A DNA stretch of 64,000 bases from Culturomica massiliensis (GTDB lineage: Bacteria > Bacteroidota > Bacteroidia > Bacteroidales > Marinifilaceae). The stretch spans positions 2,715,858 through 2,779,857 of the forward strand of contig NZ_LT594621.1 of NCBI RefSeq assembly GCF_900091655.1, given 5' to 3'. This document shows, piece by piece, positions 62,703-64,000 of the stretch. The position numbers and the translations under genes were made by a program. Positions within the stretch are counted from its first letter, which is position 1, and the number at the start of each line of letters is the position of its first letter. The notes under the pieces are model-generated. The model did no database searches, was not told the origin of the DNA, and was given only the letters and a program-made list of their open reading frames with translations.

Positions 62703-63680
62703 TTAAAAAACAGGAATTCTTGAATATTGAGATAATATTTTACATGTATTCAAAAGCCATTCTTGTCTCATAGCATTAAAAGTCTCATCAAAACTCCCAT
62801 CTGTTATATGGTTAAACTTTTTTTCTTTTTGCATGGAGGTTAATTCAATTCCACCAAAAAGATAATCACTAGAATATAATATTTCCATAAAATATTTCTC
62901 TTTAGGCGGTATTTGAAATTGATAATATAAATGTTCTATCAATGTTTTTCCTGTATAATAGCAACGAGCTATTGCAGGAGGATGGTCATGTGTCGCCTCA
63001 TTATGCCTACGTCCTTTAGGTATTTCGCCATTAGAAGTAAGCATGTATGATTCTTTTGCTTCCAAAAGTTCTAAATACATTAAAATGTAAAAGAAGGCAT
63101 TTATGCCTTTTAATATATCTTCATAAAAAATATCGATAGACTTATAGCCTAATATACTTTTATATCTATCATCAAATATTAGTGTTACCATTTTTTCTCC
63201 AAGTCTTTTTGCTGCAAAAGTATCAGCATCGGCTTCCAGCATTTGATATATTGCAATGTCAGTATTTTCATTAGTATTTTCTATTGCACACATTCTCATA
63301 TCTTTTTGTATTTGGCAATGACCTAGTAATAGATGGCCCATTTCATGAAAAGCACAATATGAAATAGCTGTATCTATCATACATGCTGCACGATTATTGT
63401 CTGGTTCAGAATTGAATATTATGCTCTCTATCATTTCTACTAATTTCTCAGTAATAATAATTACATCCTTAGTCGCCTTATATATTGAAAACGCATTTAT
63501 TATAGGATATTTACCATTGGCAACTCCATGTCTTTCTATCTTAAATAAAAGATCTCGCTTGGATAAGTTTTCTATGAGCGGATTATTTGTAGGATTGTAT
63601 ACAAAACTATAATAGTCTTGCAAAGTGATATTTATAATATCCTGTATCTGTTTATATCGAAAAGACGATTCTATATACAT
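62703..63680 (-). CDS. HExxH zinc-metallopeptidase-like protein (ImmA/IrrE-like?)
   Basis: 325 aa with the motif CAFHEMGHLLLGHC and downstream acidic residues (EADAD). Confidence 0.4.
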   Translation of the reverse strand: MYIESSFRYKQIQDIINITLQDYYSFVYNPTNNPLIENLSKRDLLFKIERHGVANGKYPIINAFSIYKATKDVIIITEKLVEMIESIIFNSEPDNNRAACMIDTAISYCAFHEMGHLLLGHCQIQKDMRMCAIENTNENTDIAIYQMLEADADTFAAKRLGEKMVTLIFDDRYKSILGYKSIDIFYEDILKGINAFFYILMYLELLEAKESYMLTSNGEIPKGRRHNEATHDHPPAIARCYYTGKTLIEHLYYQFQIPPKEKYFMEILYSSDYLFGGIELTSMQKEKKFNHITDGSFDETFNAMRQEWLLNTCKILSQYSRIPVF

Positions 63681-64000
63681 GGCTTAAATATATTTACAAG
63701 CTTTTTTATGATGTTTATATATGAAATTTACATAATAAAAATATAAAAAATAGCATTTGATACAAACTGTTAATCCTTTAATCATTCTTAATATTAAACA
63801 AGATAATTAACATGTGCAGTTTATAAGGAATGTCACTTATTATACTCTAAAGAATATTATATTAAAGCTGTACTAAGAATTGTTTTCATTATTGCTTCAG
63901 GAGATAATGACAATTGTTCAAAAGCATAGTTTACAGAACTATGATGTACAAAATGAGGATTTGTGGAAACATCTGTAACATAACAGCACCCAGATTTGTC

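Overview
This 64 kb window looks like a chromosomal segment from a Bacteroidales genome (Bacteroides/Parabacteroides-like). The backbone has moderate GC and dense coding. It carries a Sus-type polysaccharide utilization locus, SusC/SusD-like TonB-dependent receptors, a hybrid two-component regulator and GH2/GH53/GH97 enzymes. Housekeeping content includes an FtsX-type permease (3' truncated at the window edge), an lpxH-like phosphoesterase, a GT-B glycosyltransferase, folate-branch pabB-pabC plus a divergent pabA, and an NfeD-flotillin pair. Accessory content includes a galactan-type PUL (clan GH-A hydrolase, GH2, SusC, a SusD interrupted by an in-frame TGA, SusE/F-like glycan-binding protein, GH53) with an upstream hybrid sensor. 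There is also a TonB-dependent receptor plus lipoprotein pair, a xusABC-like siderophore uptake operon (receptor, DUF4374 protein, PepSY protein), an MFS transporter, an esterase, and GH97 with a TPR membrane regulator. Two distinctly AT-rich islands interrupt the backbone. Island 1 (about 32990-41700) is the most interesting object. It is a compact single-strand operon encoding a GT-A glycosyltransferase with animal ppGalNAc-T-like motifs (DxH, WGGE-like, GH[IV]FR) fused to a helical domain, an outer-membrane beta-barrel, two short precursor peptides and a radical SAM/SPASM enzyme. The two precursors share a helical leader ending in a Gly/Ala/Ser motif. Their cores share a 5-Cys scaffold (C-x6-C-x8-C-x4/6-C-x8-C) whose spacing, as I recall it, resembles sublancin-type glycocins. 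The operon ends with a C39-peptidase ABC exporter. This looks like an undescribed glycocin-like, radical-SAM-modified Cys-rich peptide (RiPP) system in Bacteroidales. Island 2 (about 59440 to the window end) encodes an unrecognisable 796-aa protein and a HExxH metallopeptidase-like protein with a small partner. Also noted are a recurring AATCTAAAATCGTAAATC repeat in several intergenic regions, several strong hairpin terminators, and a promoter that sits inside a palindrome upstream of the RiPP operon. No rRNA, tRNA or CRISPR array was found.
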